DNA of 42,981 bases from a virus. Every line of letters begins with the position of its first letter. Position 1 is the first letter of the stretch. The translations under genes were made by a program, and so were the position numbers. Location: IMG/VR virus record IMGVR_UViG_3300009537_000043, positions 1-42,981 of that record. One strand, written 5' to 3'. Below the pieces are notes generated by a model that worked only from the letters and a program-made list of their open reading frames with translations, had not been told where the DNA came from and searched no databases. This document shows positions 16,205 to 25,108 of this stretch, piece after piece.

Positions 16205-18817
16205 TTAATTCTTTCCACTTGGTGACAACCAATAGTCTTGGTTATATTCTTGTTTTCGTTTATGTTCCATCTCTCTGAGACCTCCTGGTTCTAGCATCTC
16301 AGAGATGTTAAACCAAATAAGATGGTCTAACGCAGGTTTAATATAGAATAAATTAGCAAAAGGAATATTGTCTTTAGCAAATCTGAAGGCATCATTAGCC
16401 TTAGCTTCACCACGGATTCCTTGAGAAGCTAGAGCAACAAGTTTAGTTGCTTCACTTAAAGCAGGTCCACCCATCTTGGCTACGATACTATTATACCCTG
16501 TATCATATTCCTTGAGGAGTAAGTCACCAAGCAATGTTGCTGCATTGCCACGAAGAAATGAATCTTGTATAATTTTAAGACTCGCGTCTGTGTCAATTTC
16601 TCCTCTGCTGTCAGTAAAGCTTCGAGGTTCTTTTCCTGTCAAAGCTTCATCAATCGTTAATGACAGATAGCCTGCAATAGTAGAAAGCGCGATTAACTGA
16701 GTAGTATGGAAGTTTGTATTCTTCTCATTAATCATCCAGTCCTTAAATGTTCTAGCTCCAGAACCATACATCTCTCTACGAAGAATCTTGGTCCATACAG
16801 CAACAGGAAAGGTCTTGAACATCATGAGCAGACGAACCAGAGAACCTGGAACTGTTCCTGCCTGTGTTCCAAAGGTGGCTAGACGATGTTCCTTACTTCC
16901 AGGAACGAGAACACTCTCGTCACGTTGAGCCGTGAGCCATGTGCGATACTTCTCTTCAAGAAGATTGTATCTTCTTTGTCTGTTGTTATTTGTTGTTTGT
17001 AATCCATCAGCCTCTAACATTGCATCAATAGTTTCGATAGGAATGCTTTTGAACTGGTCTGGTGTAATCCAGACTTCGCCATTCTTATGGATACCTTGTT
17101 TAACGTTTCCATCTGGGTCAACTGTGTAGGCTGTTGACCTCCAGGCATCCCATTCAGTTGGAGAGATACCATACATGGTCATCATTCTTTTGAAATCTGG
17201 AATCAAATTGTCAAAAGACTTATCTGCTAATGCACCTGCATGTCGAGATAAAGCTCCAATTACTGAGTCAGTTCCAATGTCATCGAGCTTATTGATACCT
17301 GTCAAATTGAAGAAGTGTCTCTGCATGTTAAGGACACCTGAGTGAATTCCAGCTTCAGCTCCTGCTGAGAATCTACTATGAACAGAACCCAGGAAGGATT
17401 TAAGTTCACCACCTAACATGGTTAGACGCAAACGTTCTTCTGGAGAAGATGGTCTTTTAATTGCTAAGGCTGCTGCTAGAGCATCGAGACCTCGAAGACC
17501 ATTACGTGTTAAAGTGGATTGCATTAACGCACGGTCAGGTAGAGCGAACAGCAGAAGCTTACCAAGCTTTGCTTGCGATAGCAGGGAGATAGTCGTAGCC
17601 GTAACTGTAGCCATCGTAGGGTTCTCTGGAATGGAAGCACTACGGTCTAGAAAACTTAGAGCAGAAAATAGACGATGCTTGTTGTGTTGAAGACTTCTAA
17701 CCTTAGCTTCATCACCCTGACGAGAATATTCATACTCCAGGTTCTTGATAACCTCTTCCAATGTTCCTCTTGGATTAGGTCCAAGTTGTTGCATCAATCC
17801 AATATTGGTAGCTGCATGTTCAATCTCAATTACAAAACCTTTGGAGATTGGTTCATCTGACAAGGCTTGATAAACAGCGAAAGCTGACTCACCATCTTTG
17901 AAATGAATGAGTCGTTGCTGTGAAGCTTTCTTGGCTAATGCACCTGCCTTGAAGTATGAAACATTAATTTCAGCACCTGAAGCTTGTTGAACAGGACCAT
18001 GTTTACCGTCCATGATACCATAGAAAGCTCCTCTCAAAAATTCCATTGGGTCTGAATCTTTGAAAGTCTTTTCATGGTCAACATGTTTCAACATGAACTG
18101 CGCCCACTGTTGGAATGTTGCCTCAGATTCTTCAGTCGTCAAGAATCTTTTCAAGTTAAGTGGATTCTTAAACCGTTCAGGTCCAAACATCTTCTTAATT
18201 AAAGATGGGCTATAGGTCTGACGTTTAACGTGTTCAGGAAGAAAGTGGATATATGAGCCATAAAGATTTTGAAGTCGGACCATGTCCTGCTTTAATGCAG
18301 TCATGATGTCACGAATAGCTTTTGCTTTAGGATTACCTGAGCTTCCAGGTTCATAGAACTCCATGAAGATTTCTTTAGCAAAGTGGTTCTTGTTGAAAGC
18401 TTCAAGCAAACCAGACTCAACTAACCTCGCTTTCAATTCTCCAATATACTTACTCTTGTAACCTTCAACAATGGAATTGATACCACGTCCAGCAGCTTCA
18501 GAAAACTTTCTTGAATCTTCTAAGAAAGCAAGGATTCCTTCAAATGGTGAAGCATAAGACTTGGCCCATTTGGTTAAGTTGCGAACAGACTGAATTGTAA
18601 AAAGAGCGTTTCGTTTATTAATGAGTTTAATTTCATCAATATCAGTTGCCAGTTCTTCCCCTGCTTGAGAAATCTTTTCTTCAATAGAATCAAGACCAGA
18701 CTTGTTCCTAGCTTTCTGCTCAATAGCATCAACGAACTCTTGAGCCTCACCTTCTGACATTGAGTCATCGGCGTTCTCGAGAATACTGACCTTACATTCT
18801 TTAAGGTTTGCTTTCAA
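16205..18817 (-). CDS. Large internal virion (ejection) protein
   Basis: 870 aa. It is the third of three very large consecutive coupled ORFs between the tail and fibre genes, positionally analogous to the T7 gp14-16 block. No catalytic motif recognised. Confidence 0.55.
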   Translation of the reverse strand: MKANLKECKVSILENADDSMSEGEAQEFVDAIEQKARNKSGLDSIEEKISQAGEELATDIDEIKLINKRNALFTIQSVRNLTKWAKSYASPFEGILAFLEDSRKFSEAAGRGINSIVEGYKSKYIGELKARLVESGLLEAFNKNHFAKEIFMEFYEPGSSGNPKAKAIRDIMTALKQDMVRLQNLYGSYIHFLPEHVKRQTYSPSLIKKMFGPERFKNPLNLKRFLTTEESEATFQQWAQFMLKHVDHEKTFKDSDPMEFLRGAFYGIMDGKHGPVQQASGAEINVSYFKAGALAKKASQQRLIHFKDGESAFAVYQALSDEPISKGFVIEIEHAATNIGLMQQLGPNPRGTLEEVIKNLEYEYSRQGDEAKVRSLQHNKHRLFSALSFLDRSASIPENPTMATVTATTISLLSQAKLGKLLLFALPDRALMQSTLTRNGLRGLDALAAALAIKRPSSPEERLRLTMLGGELKSFLGSVHSRFSAGAEAGIHSGVLNMQRHFFNLTGINKLDDIGTDSVIGALSRHAGALADKSFDNLIPDFKRMMTMYGISPTEWDAWRSTAYTVDPDGNVKQGIHKNGEVWITPDQFKSIPIETIDAMLEADGLQTTNNNRQRRYNLLEEKYRTWLTAQRDESVLVPGSKEHRLATFGTQAGTVPGSLVRLLMMFKTFPVAVWTKILRREMYGSGARTFKDWMINEKNTNFHTTQLIALSTIAGYLSLTIDEALTGKEPRSFTDSRGEIDTDASLKIIQDSFLRGNAATLLGDLLLKEYDTGYNSIVAKMGGPALSEATKLVALASQGIRGEAKANDAFRFAKDNIPFANLFYIKPALDHLIWFNISEMLEPGGLREMEHKRKQEYNQDYWLSPSGKN

Positions 18818-21777
18818 ACAATTTTCCTTGTGATACAGTTAATACCAGCTTCAAGACCTTTTTTCATTTTGTCCATGTTCTTTGCTTCAACGTTCTCTGT
18901 TGCAATCTTATGAGCATCTTCAATTTGAGATTTGATTTTCTCAAATAATTGCTTACCTTTCTGGCTTGCAGTTGACCATACTCGTTTGAATGCGTCTGGA
19001 TTCGGTTGTGCTGCATTAACTGCGCCTCTATCAATAAGACGTAAGTTACCATCTTTGTCAAGACCAAAATTACCTGAATGTGGGTCATCTACAAAGAATC
19101 CCATATCATATCCAGCAAGACTTAGTGCTTCTGAAACATGTTCAGGTAAAGCATCATTCTTTCCTAATACTTGAACACGGTCTGTTACTTCAATCTTTAA
19201 ATCTTTAAAGTCTTTCATTAACTCTTGGGTTAATGTGAATCCTTTCAAATCAAAATCTTGATTTGTAATAGAAATCTTGATTGCTTTTTCTTTAGTCAAG
19301 AATACAATTGATTCTGCACCAACTTTAACTTCAACAGAAGGTTCTGTTATGTCATAACCTTTTTCCTGTAAAAGTTTAGTTACTTTTTTGATTTGTTCAT
19401 TTGTAATTACTTTATGAGGTAGATGTGAAACATCTACATCTTCAGGGTCAAGGTCGTCTATATGACCATCGAACTTCTGGTCGTTTTCTTCAACAATTGC
19501 TCTTTCAATATCCCATCCTGCTCTATCAACTTTAGTCTTTAGCTCATTAAACTTCCCTTCATCAAACTTAATTGAAGTTTTCTTTTCAGCCTTAACTTTC
19601 TTTTCAGCCTTAACTTTCTGTTCAGGTTGAGCTTTCTTCACCTTCTTCATTTCCTTCGTCACAAGCTTCAAGGCAGCTTCTTGTGCGACCTCTGGGTCAA
19701 TTTTTTCCCTCATTCTTGATTCAACAGTCTCAAGAGTTGAGCCAACATCTACATAAATTGTGTATGGATTTTTAGGGTCAAGTTTTGTATAAACCTCTTT
19801 AGGAGACCCAGGAATCATCTCTTGGATTCCATCAAAGCGTAAACCAAGTTCTTTGGCAATCTTTTTTCCACCTTTAGTCAAAAGCCTAGCAGTCTTTGCG
19901 CCCAGGAATCCAACACCTGCAGCCACCTGCTCAGGGTCAAGACCCATGTTCGTATGTTTCCGACCTTCCTTGAGCTTCTGTTCTGACCACTTTTCAATGA
20001 CATCAACTACTTCATCAAATGTTCCCTTCTCTTCAGGAGTAAGGTCCATGTCCTGCTCCCAGGAATCAACTTCTTCTTTAATCCTAGCAAGTTCCTGCTT
20101 ACGTTCCTTGTCTGTAAGATTGTTCTTGACAGGCTCAGGAGTCTTGGGAATATCAGTTACAGGTTCAGCAACCTTGGGTTTAGGTTCATTCTTCTTAGCT
20201 GCAATTTCTTTTACCTTCTTGACCGTTGCTTCACGGACCTGGGCTGGTGTGACTGTGGGAGCAGATTCAGAAGGTTTAGGATAATAAACAAAATCAAAAT
20301 TACCTTCAGGTACAAACCCTAGATTCTTATAAAATTTTTCTAATCTTGGTTGCTCTTCTCTAGACAACGCTTCTGGAATCAAAGATAATTTCTTATTTAG
20401 AGAATTAGAAAGTTGCTTAAGTTTATTAAGCATTTCTGTTCCAGTTCCTTTACCTTGCTCTGTAACCTCAATATTGAGAAGAGTGATACCTGATTCCTCA
20501 ATCTGAACAGAAAGACCAATGAACCTTGAGTCATTAGTTGTATAGTAACCTTTCTTACCAAGAGAACCTTTCTGTGGAACAAGACCAATTGACTCAGGCG
20601 TCGTTGCTCCTGGCTGAGAGCCTCGGTCAGCATCAACTAAATCTTGAACTTCTTTAGGAAGAGTTTTGTAAGTCTCAGGGTCAACATGCCGAAAGATTTC
20701 CGGCATGGCTGAAGCAGCCTCATCTAAACGAAGATTAAACAATGCTGCCATGTTATGAATGGTAGCTGAAGTAGGATTGCGAAGCATAGCTCCAAGAAGC
20801 TTTCTACGCACATCCATTTCAGGAGTCAATCTCCCTTGAAAAGCAAGTTGCTCCAACCTATTCAAATGTTCTTCAGCAATGGAAAGAATATTTCTACCAT
20901 TAGCTGCTTGCAATTCTTGCGTTACAACAGTGTTATCAACAGAGATAACATCTGATGGAGAAGTCACTGGACGGTCTTCAACAATATCGGCAACAGCTGC
21001 CATGTGAGCAGCCTCATGAGTCTGAGCATCAATCTGAGATAGAGATACCCTGGCTGCCTTAATTCTATCTGAAATATGACCACCAACAGCAGGGATACCA
21101 GCACCTAGGATTGTTGAAAACAACAAATTCATTGCTGATTCAACAGGACCATAATGTGCTTGTTCATCGTAAGCAGCAAGAAGGTTAAATGGCTCAACTA
21201 ATCCAGCACCAACAAAACCAGAGACAGCTCCCTTTGCCGCGCGATATGCAAAACGATTGTTCCCAGTAAACCCTACAACAGTTTTTGGAGAAATGAGACC
21301 TTTTGCAAAGTAGGAAGAAGCTCTGGCTGTTCCTGTTAAGAGACGTTCTTCACCTACAATAGGAATGAACATTGAAGCCAGGTTGACAGGGTCTAGTGCT
21401 TGAGATACCAGAGAAACACCAAAACCTGTAATCCCTCGACTCCAATGTTTTTCAGACCTTGACTGAATTTCGAATTCCCTACGATGTTCAGCCAATTTCC
21501 TATCATGTAATAGTTGAGCATAAGATTCATAAACAGGGGAGTCAAACTTCAATTCACCATTCAAACCATAAGTCTCACTAGCCTCTTCAGGAGAAATCAT
21601 TCTACCTTCTCCAAACTTTCTTTCAATGAAGGACTCTGATAGGCGATGGACAGCAGACACAGGACTATGATAAAGATTGTCATAGACTAAGCTTGCTGCA
21701 TAATCCACAAACCCTGAATCTGCTCTGTCAGCAGATTCGAAAGATGTATCTCTTGGTGCTGGTCGTATTGCTGGCAT
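18814..21777 (-). CDS. Large internal virion protein with an embedded GNAT acetyltransferase domain and a possible C-terminal kinase-like domain
   Basis: GNAT motif A LNIEVTEQGKGTGTEML...FYKNLGF. C-terminal VGAESIVFL..KAIKIS ... DDPHSGNFGLDKDGNLRLIDRG. ATG 21777 overlaps the upstream stop (TAATG); the ORF track start is 21816. Confidence 0.65.
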   Translation of the reverse strand: MPAIRPAPRDTSFESADRADSGFVDYAASLVYDNLYHSPVSAVHRLSESFIERKFGEGRMISPEEASETYGLNGELKFDSPVYESYAQLLHDRKLAEHRREFEIQSRSEKHWSRGITGFGVSLVSQALDPVNLASMFIPIVGEERLLTGTARASSYFAKGLISPKTVVGFTGNNRFAYRAAKGAVSGFVGAGLVEPFNLLAAYDEQAHYGPVESAMNLLFSTILGAGIPAVGGHISDRIKAARVSLSQIDAQTHEAAHMAAVADIVEDRPVTSPSDVISVDNTVVTQELQAANGRNILSIAEEHLNRLEQLAFQGRLTPEMDVRRKLLGAMLRNPTSATIHNMAALFNLRLDEAASAMPEIFRHVDPETYKTLPKEVQDLVDADRGSQPGATTPESIGLVPQKGSLGKKGYYTTNDSRFIGLSVQIEESGITLLNIEVTEQGKGTGTEMLNKLKQLSNSLNKKLSLIPEALSREEQPRLEKFYKNLGFVPEGNFDFVYYPKPSESAPTVTPAQVREATVKKVKEIAAKKNEPKPKVAEPVTDIPKTPEPVKNNLTDKERKQELARIKEEVDSWEQDMDLTPEEKGTFDEVVDVIEKWSEQKLKEGRKHTNMGLDPEQVAAGVGFLGAKTARLLTKGGKKIAKELGLRFDGIQEMIPGSPKEVYTKLDPKNPYTIYVDVGSTLETVESRMREKIDPEVAQEAALKLVTKEMKKVKKAQPEQKVKAEKKVKAEKKTSIKFDEGKFNELKTKVDRAGWDIERAIVEENDQKFDGHIDDLDPEDVDVSHLPHKVITNEQIKKVTKLLQEKGYDITEPSVEVKVGAESIVFLTKEKAIKISITNQDFDLKGFTLTQELMKDFKDLKIEVTDRVQVLGKNDALPEHVSEALSLAGYDMGFFVDDPHSGNFGLDKDGNLRLIDRGAVNAAQPNPDAFKRVWSTASQKGKQLFEKIKSQIEDAHKIATENVEAKNMDKMKKGLEAGINCITRKIV

Positions 21778-24056
21778 TATCCTGATGATAGTAAAGCGTT
21801 GGCTAATCTGTCCCAAATTGAATCTGTTGTTTTATTTTGGTATCTATGTTTAACACCCCTACCTGCTTCTGGAATTGGAACTAAAGTTTCTGAGAACATA
21901 ACCTTGACAGGAGTTCCATCTTTATAGAACACTTGTTTAGAAGTTCCAAGAATAGAACCTTTAGTATAAAGATACACACCCTGTTCATCTTCCGTGGTTG
22001 CCCAGAAAGTGTTGTAGTTCAATGAATTTTCAATATCTTTCTTAATTTCTTCAGGTTTAAAACCTGTCTCATTTAAGATAGACTCAGGTTCAATTTGGTC
22101 AGCATCAAGTCGTCTAGGAAAGACCCTCAAGAAGTTTGAACTTGCTGTTTGTTGGTCAGGAGACATCCTATGTTCTTTACCTAAACTGTCCTTATATGTC
22201 AAAGGACGAGCATAAGAGACTCCATTTAATTCACCCCAGGAGTAGTTACCAAAGAACATGGAAGAAGCATCTTCAATCTTGCCTCCATTAAGAACATAAT
22301 CTCTAGTGAAGTCTCTAAATGTTTTTCGAACTCCATCAACAATTTTGTGAGTTTCAGAACTGTTGTTGGATGCAACCATGGAACTCTCATAAGCCAACAG
22401 ATTGTTATCCAATCTCACATCAGTCAGAAAATTGTTCTTAACTTTATCACTTTCAAATTTCTGATAAACTTCTTGAGGGTCTTTTCGAATAGCATCTACA
22501 ATCAATCTGAATGTAGATGGATTATTCAAATGCCACATCAAAGGATTAAGACTGCTTGAAACCTCTTCTCCACCTTTAATCTGTTGAAGTTGAGACAATG
22601 CGATAGTGATGTGGTCTTTATATTCATCATTAAAGTTAACCAACATTTCTCGAACACCAGCACCATCAGTCTTATTCCCAACTTCAACAAGTTTGTTAAA
22701 AGATGTAATAAACTTTTCAGCTTCTCCTTTTGGCATCACACGATACTCATAAGGTCTCATGGTAGTGTCTGCTTTCTGAAGAGAAAGCACAGCTTCTTGT
22801 AGTTCCTTACGATTCTCAGGAGTAGGGTCTTCACTTAACTTTTGTGCATAAGACCTAACAGAAGGATGTTGAGAGAAATAAGTAAAAGCATCTTCTTTCC
22901 TGTCATCATTTGCCATCGAGATGATTTTCTGAGCAGCCATGTATAGAGCTTGCTGTTCACCATATAAAGGTGAGCTTTCATCTTCTTTAGGTTTATGATT
23001 CTCAAGAATGAAATTAAGCTCTTCCTGGGAAGCTCCTTTAGACATTTCAACAACTTCATGAAGTTGTGTTGCCATGTTGAGTTCTCTTTCAGCAGATTCA
23101 CGAGCAGCTTTACCATAAGCAGCTTCATACTCATTTAAATCAAGACTTTCACCTTGACCTGTCTGCATTCTTTGAATCTTATCAGATTCAAGAGCTTCTT
23201 TCAAGAGAAGCTTATTTTGGTTGTCCTTGGCTCTAATAGATTCCTCTGATTTCGCGGCAAGCAAGGCTCTTGTCCTAGCAGGAACACCGTCCATAATACC
23301 TTTGAAATCTCCTTCTCCAAGAGCAACAGATTTCACAAGTTCAGGGTTGTCTGACAACATGGATTCAGCCCAGGCAACAGGAAGCAAGTTAACCTTCTCC
23401 TTCAAATTTTGAATAATTATTGGGTCTTGAATCTGACCATTAGTTTTAGCATCTTCAATAGTTCCATGAAGAAGGTCTCGTTGAACTGCAAGCTCTCCAA
23501 GAGATTTTGTGTTGAAGATAGATGATTCTGCGTTAACCATCATCTCGTCAAATGAAGCTCCAAACTGAGCTAATTGCTGACGGCTCTGAAGTTTAAAAGA
23601 CTCATTTACCAATCCAATACGATAGTCAGCAGACAGGAGTGACAGATTCTCTCTAACCTTTGTTGAATCTGTTCCATTCAGCATCTTGGTAACATAATCA
23701 TCATATTCAGCGGTAGCTGTTTCCATCAGATTGTCTGTTGGGTTCTTAGACAATTCGATTAGACGATTATTCCAATCAGTCCTTAGCTGAGAGTATTTCT
23801 TTTTCTCTTCAAGGTCTTCAATTTGACGTGTTTTCCTCTCAACCAAATCAGCAATAATATTTTGTTGATGAAGTTTGATACTCCTCATCCTGTCTTCATG
23901 TTGCTCTCTGCTCTGGCCAATATTGGAAATATTTGCTGCAGCACGTGAAATACCAGCACCCAGGAGAGATGTGCCACGACCCTTTCCAGAATCAGAAGCA
24001 CCTGCTCCTGATTGAGCTTGAGGTATTAAACTTTGTGAATATGTGGGAATTTCCAT
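21777..24056 (-). CDS. Large internal virion protein
   Basis: 759 aa, helical and charged composition, in the internal-protein block. No motif recognised. Confidence 0.55.
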   Translation of the reverse strand: MEIPTYSQSLIPQAQSGAGASDSGKGRGTSLLGAGISRAAANISNIGQSREQHEDRMRSIKLHQQNIIADLVERKTRQIEDLEEKKKYSQLRTDWNNRLIELSKNPTDNLMETATAEYDDYVTKMLNGTDSTKVRENLSLLSADYRIGLVNESFKLQSRQQLAQFGASFDEMMVNAESSIFNTKSLGELAVQRDLLHGTIEDAKTNGQIQDPIIIQNLKEKVNLLPVAWAESMLSDNPELVKSVALGEGDFKGIMDGVPARTRALLAAKSEESIRAKDNQNKLLLKEALESDKIQRMQTGQGESLDLNEYEAAYGKAARESAERELNMATQLHEVVEMSKGASQEELNFILENHKPKEDESSPLYGEQQALYMAAQKIISMANDDRKEDAFTYFSQHPSVRSYAQKLSEDPTPENRKELQEAVLSLQKADTTMRPYEYRVMPKGEAEKFITSFNKLVEVGNKTDGAGVREMLVNFNDEYKDHITIALSQLQQIKGGEEVSSSLNPLMWHLNNPSTFRLIVDAIRKDPQEVYQKFESDKVKNNFLTDVRLDNNLLAYESSMVASNNSSETHKIVDGVRKTFRDFTRDYVLNGGKIEDASSMFFGNYSWGELNGVSYARPLTYKDSLGKEHRMSPDQQTASSNFLRVFPRRLDADQIEPESILNETGFKPEEIKKDIENSLNYNTFWATTEDEQGVYLYTKGSILGTSKQVFYKDGTPVKVMFSETLVPIPEAGRGVKHRYQNKTTDSIWDRLANALLSSG

Positions 24057-24571
24057 TATGCTATCTTTGGTTGAGCAGAAGCTTTTTGTTTGGCTTGACT
24101 GTAATCATTCGCGTATCCAGCGCTTTCAGTAACTCCAGATAGAATTGTAGAAGATATTCCATAATATGAATTACTTCTAGCTTGATTTCCTTCAAACCTG
24201 GCTAACGAAGCTTGAGCCATTGAACTATCTGCTCCAGTCTTCCCTTGATACAAAGAAGTCAATACATCGTTCTCAGCAGCTAAAGCCGAGTCATACATAA
24301 CATCATTTGCTGAACCTGAAAGAGTAATACCTGATTTAGAGGCACTTGAAATCTGTGCTCCTTTAAGTCTTTTTGCTCTATCACGTATCCTGGAAGCTTG
24401 AGCCTCAGCTTGATACCGTTGTGAGATGGCTGCATTCTCAGCAATTTTAGCATTGTAATTGGCTACTTTCTCCTGTGCCTTTCCTTGCTGATACATACCA
24501 ACAGCAGAGACAGCTGTTCCTACAACTGCTACTACTGCTGCTACTATTGCTGCTGCTGTTGCTACTGCCAT
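24056..24571 (-). CDS. Small internal virion protein with an N-terminal TM helix
   Basis: MAVATAAAIVAAVVAVVGTAVSAVG hydrophobic N-terminus, then an Ala/Gln/Ser-rich region. It is the first of the internal-protein block. Confidence 0.5.
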   Translation of the reverse strand: MAVATAAAIVAAVVAVVGTAVSAVGMYQQGKAQEKVANYNAKIAENAAISQRYQAEAQASRIRDRAKRLKGAQISSASKSGITLSGSANDVMYDSALAAENDVLTSLYQGKTGADSSMAQASLARFEGNQARSNSYYGISSTILSGVTESAGYANDYSQAKQKASAQPKIA

Positions 24572-25086
24572 AATTCTTTAGAGTAAAAGATTTCTATTGG
24601 TTTAAAACCACGACGTTCATACAACTTTTTGAGAGTTTCGGAATTGTGTTCAACCAAATGAGCCATCATAATTCTATTAGCACCTATCTCAACAGCCCAT
24701 TTTTCAAATGTTAAGAGAAGTTCTAAACCTCCCCTACCAGTTCTATGTTCAGGATGAACATACCAAAAAGTCTCAGTAGCAGTTAAAGAACCATCAAGAA
24801 TATCTGGGGACAAAATACCACCAAGCATTCCAACTATCTGGTCATTCTTAACATACTTCCACATTACCCCCATGTTGTTTTCTAACAATACTGTCCAGTT
24901 CTTCAAAAACACATCTAAATTGAACTTGACAGGTAAACCGCACTCATTAAGAAATGAAAGAGCTAACGAGGTTACTCGCAATTCTTTCAATCCCTCTAGT
25001 GTTATCGGTTTTATCACGTTTTGTGTGTGGTCTAAAATTAGTTGAGCGGCGTTTTGATTGGCCCATTGGCCCAAACCATAGGGCAA
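24562..25086 (-). CDS. GNAT-family N-acetyltransferase. The track start is a TTG and the true start is uncertain
   Basis: The core HPEHRTGRGGLELLLTFEKWA...LYERRGF fits GNAT motif A (R-x-x-G-x-G) and beta-4/alpha-3. It lies inside the structural operon. Confidence 0.75.
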   Translation of the reverse strand: MPYGLGQWANQNAAQLILDHTQNVIKPITLEGLKELRVTSLALSFLNECGLPVKFNLDVFLKNWTVLLENNMGVMWKYVKNDQIVGMLGGILSPDILDGSLTATETFWYVHPEHRTGRGGLELLLTFEKWAVEIGANRIMMAHLVEHNSETLKKLYERRGFKPIEIFYSKELWQ

Positions 25087-25105
25087 AATTTGCCTTAATT
25101 ATATT
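25043..25105 (+). promoter_or_regulatory. Motif copy B (GGCCCATTGGCCCAAACCATAGGGCAAAATTTGCCTTAATTATATT), spanning the GNAT 5' end and the 22-nt intergenic gap
   Basis: 21-nt exact identity (caaaccatagggcaaaatttg, 25072-25092) with 11233-11253. Flanking similarity continues for about 12 nt. Confidence 0.4.
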
Positions 25106-25108
25106 TCA

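Noticed and set aside
16205-24056. Possibility that one of the three giant late ORFs is a virion or single-subunit RNA polymerase
   Set aside because: No T7-like or N4-like polymerase motifs were recognisable. The proteins are helical, charged and low-complexity, like ejection proteins. The phage is therefore inferred to depend on host RNA polymerase, though remote homology was not testable here.
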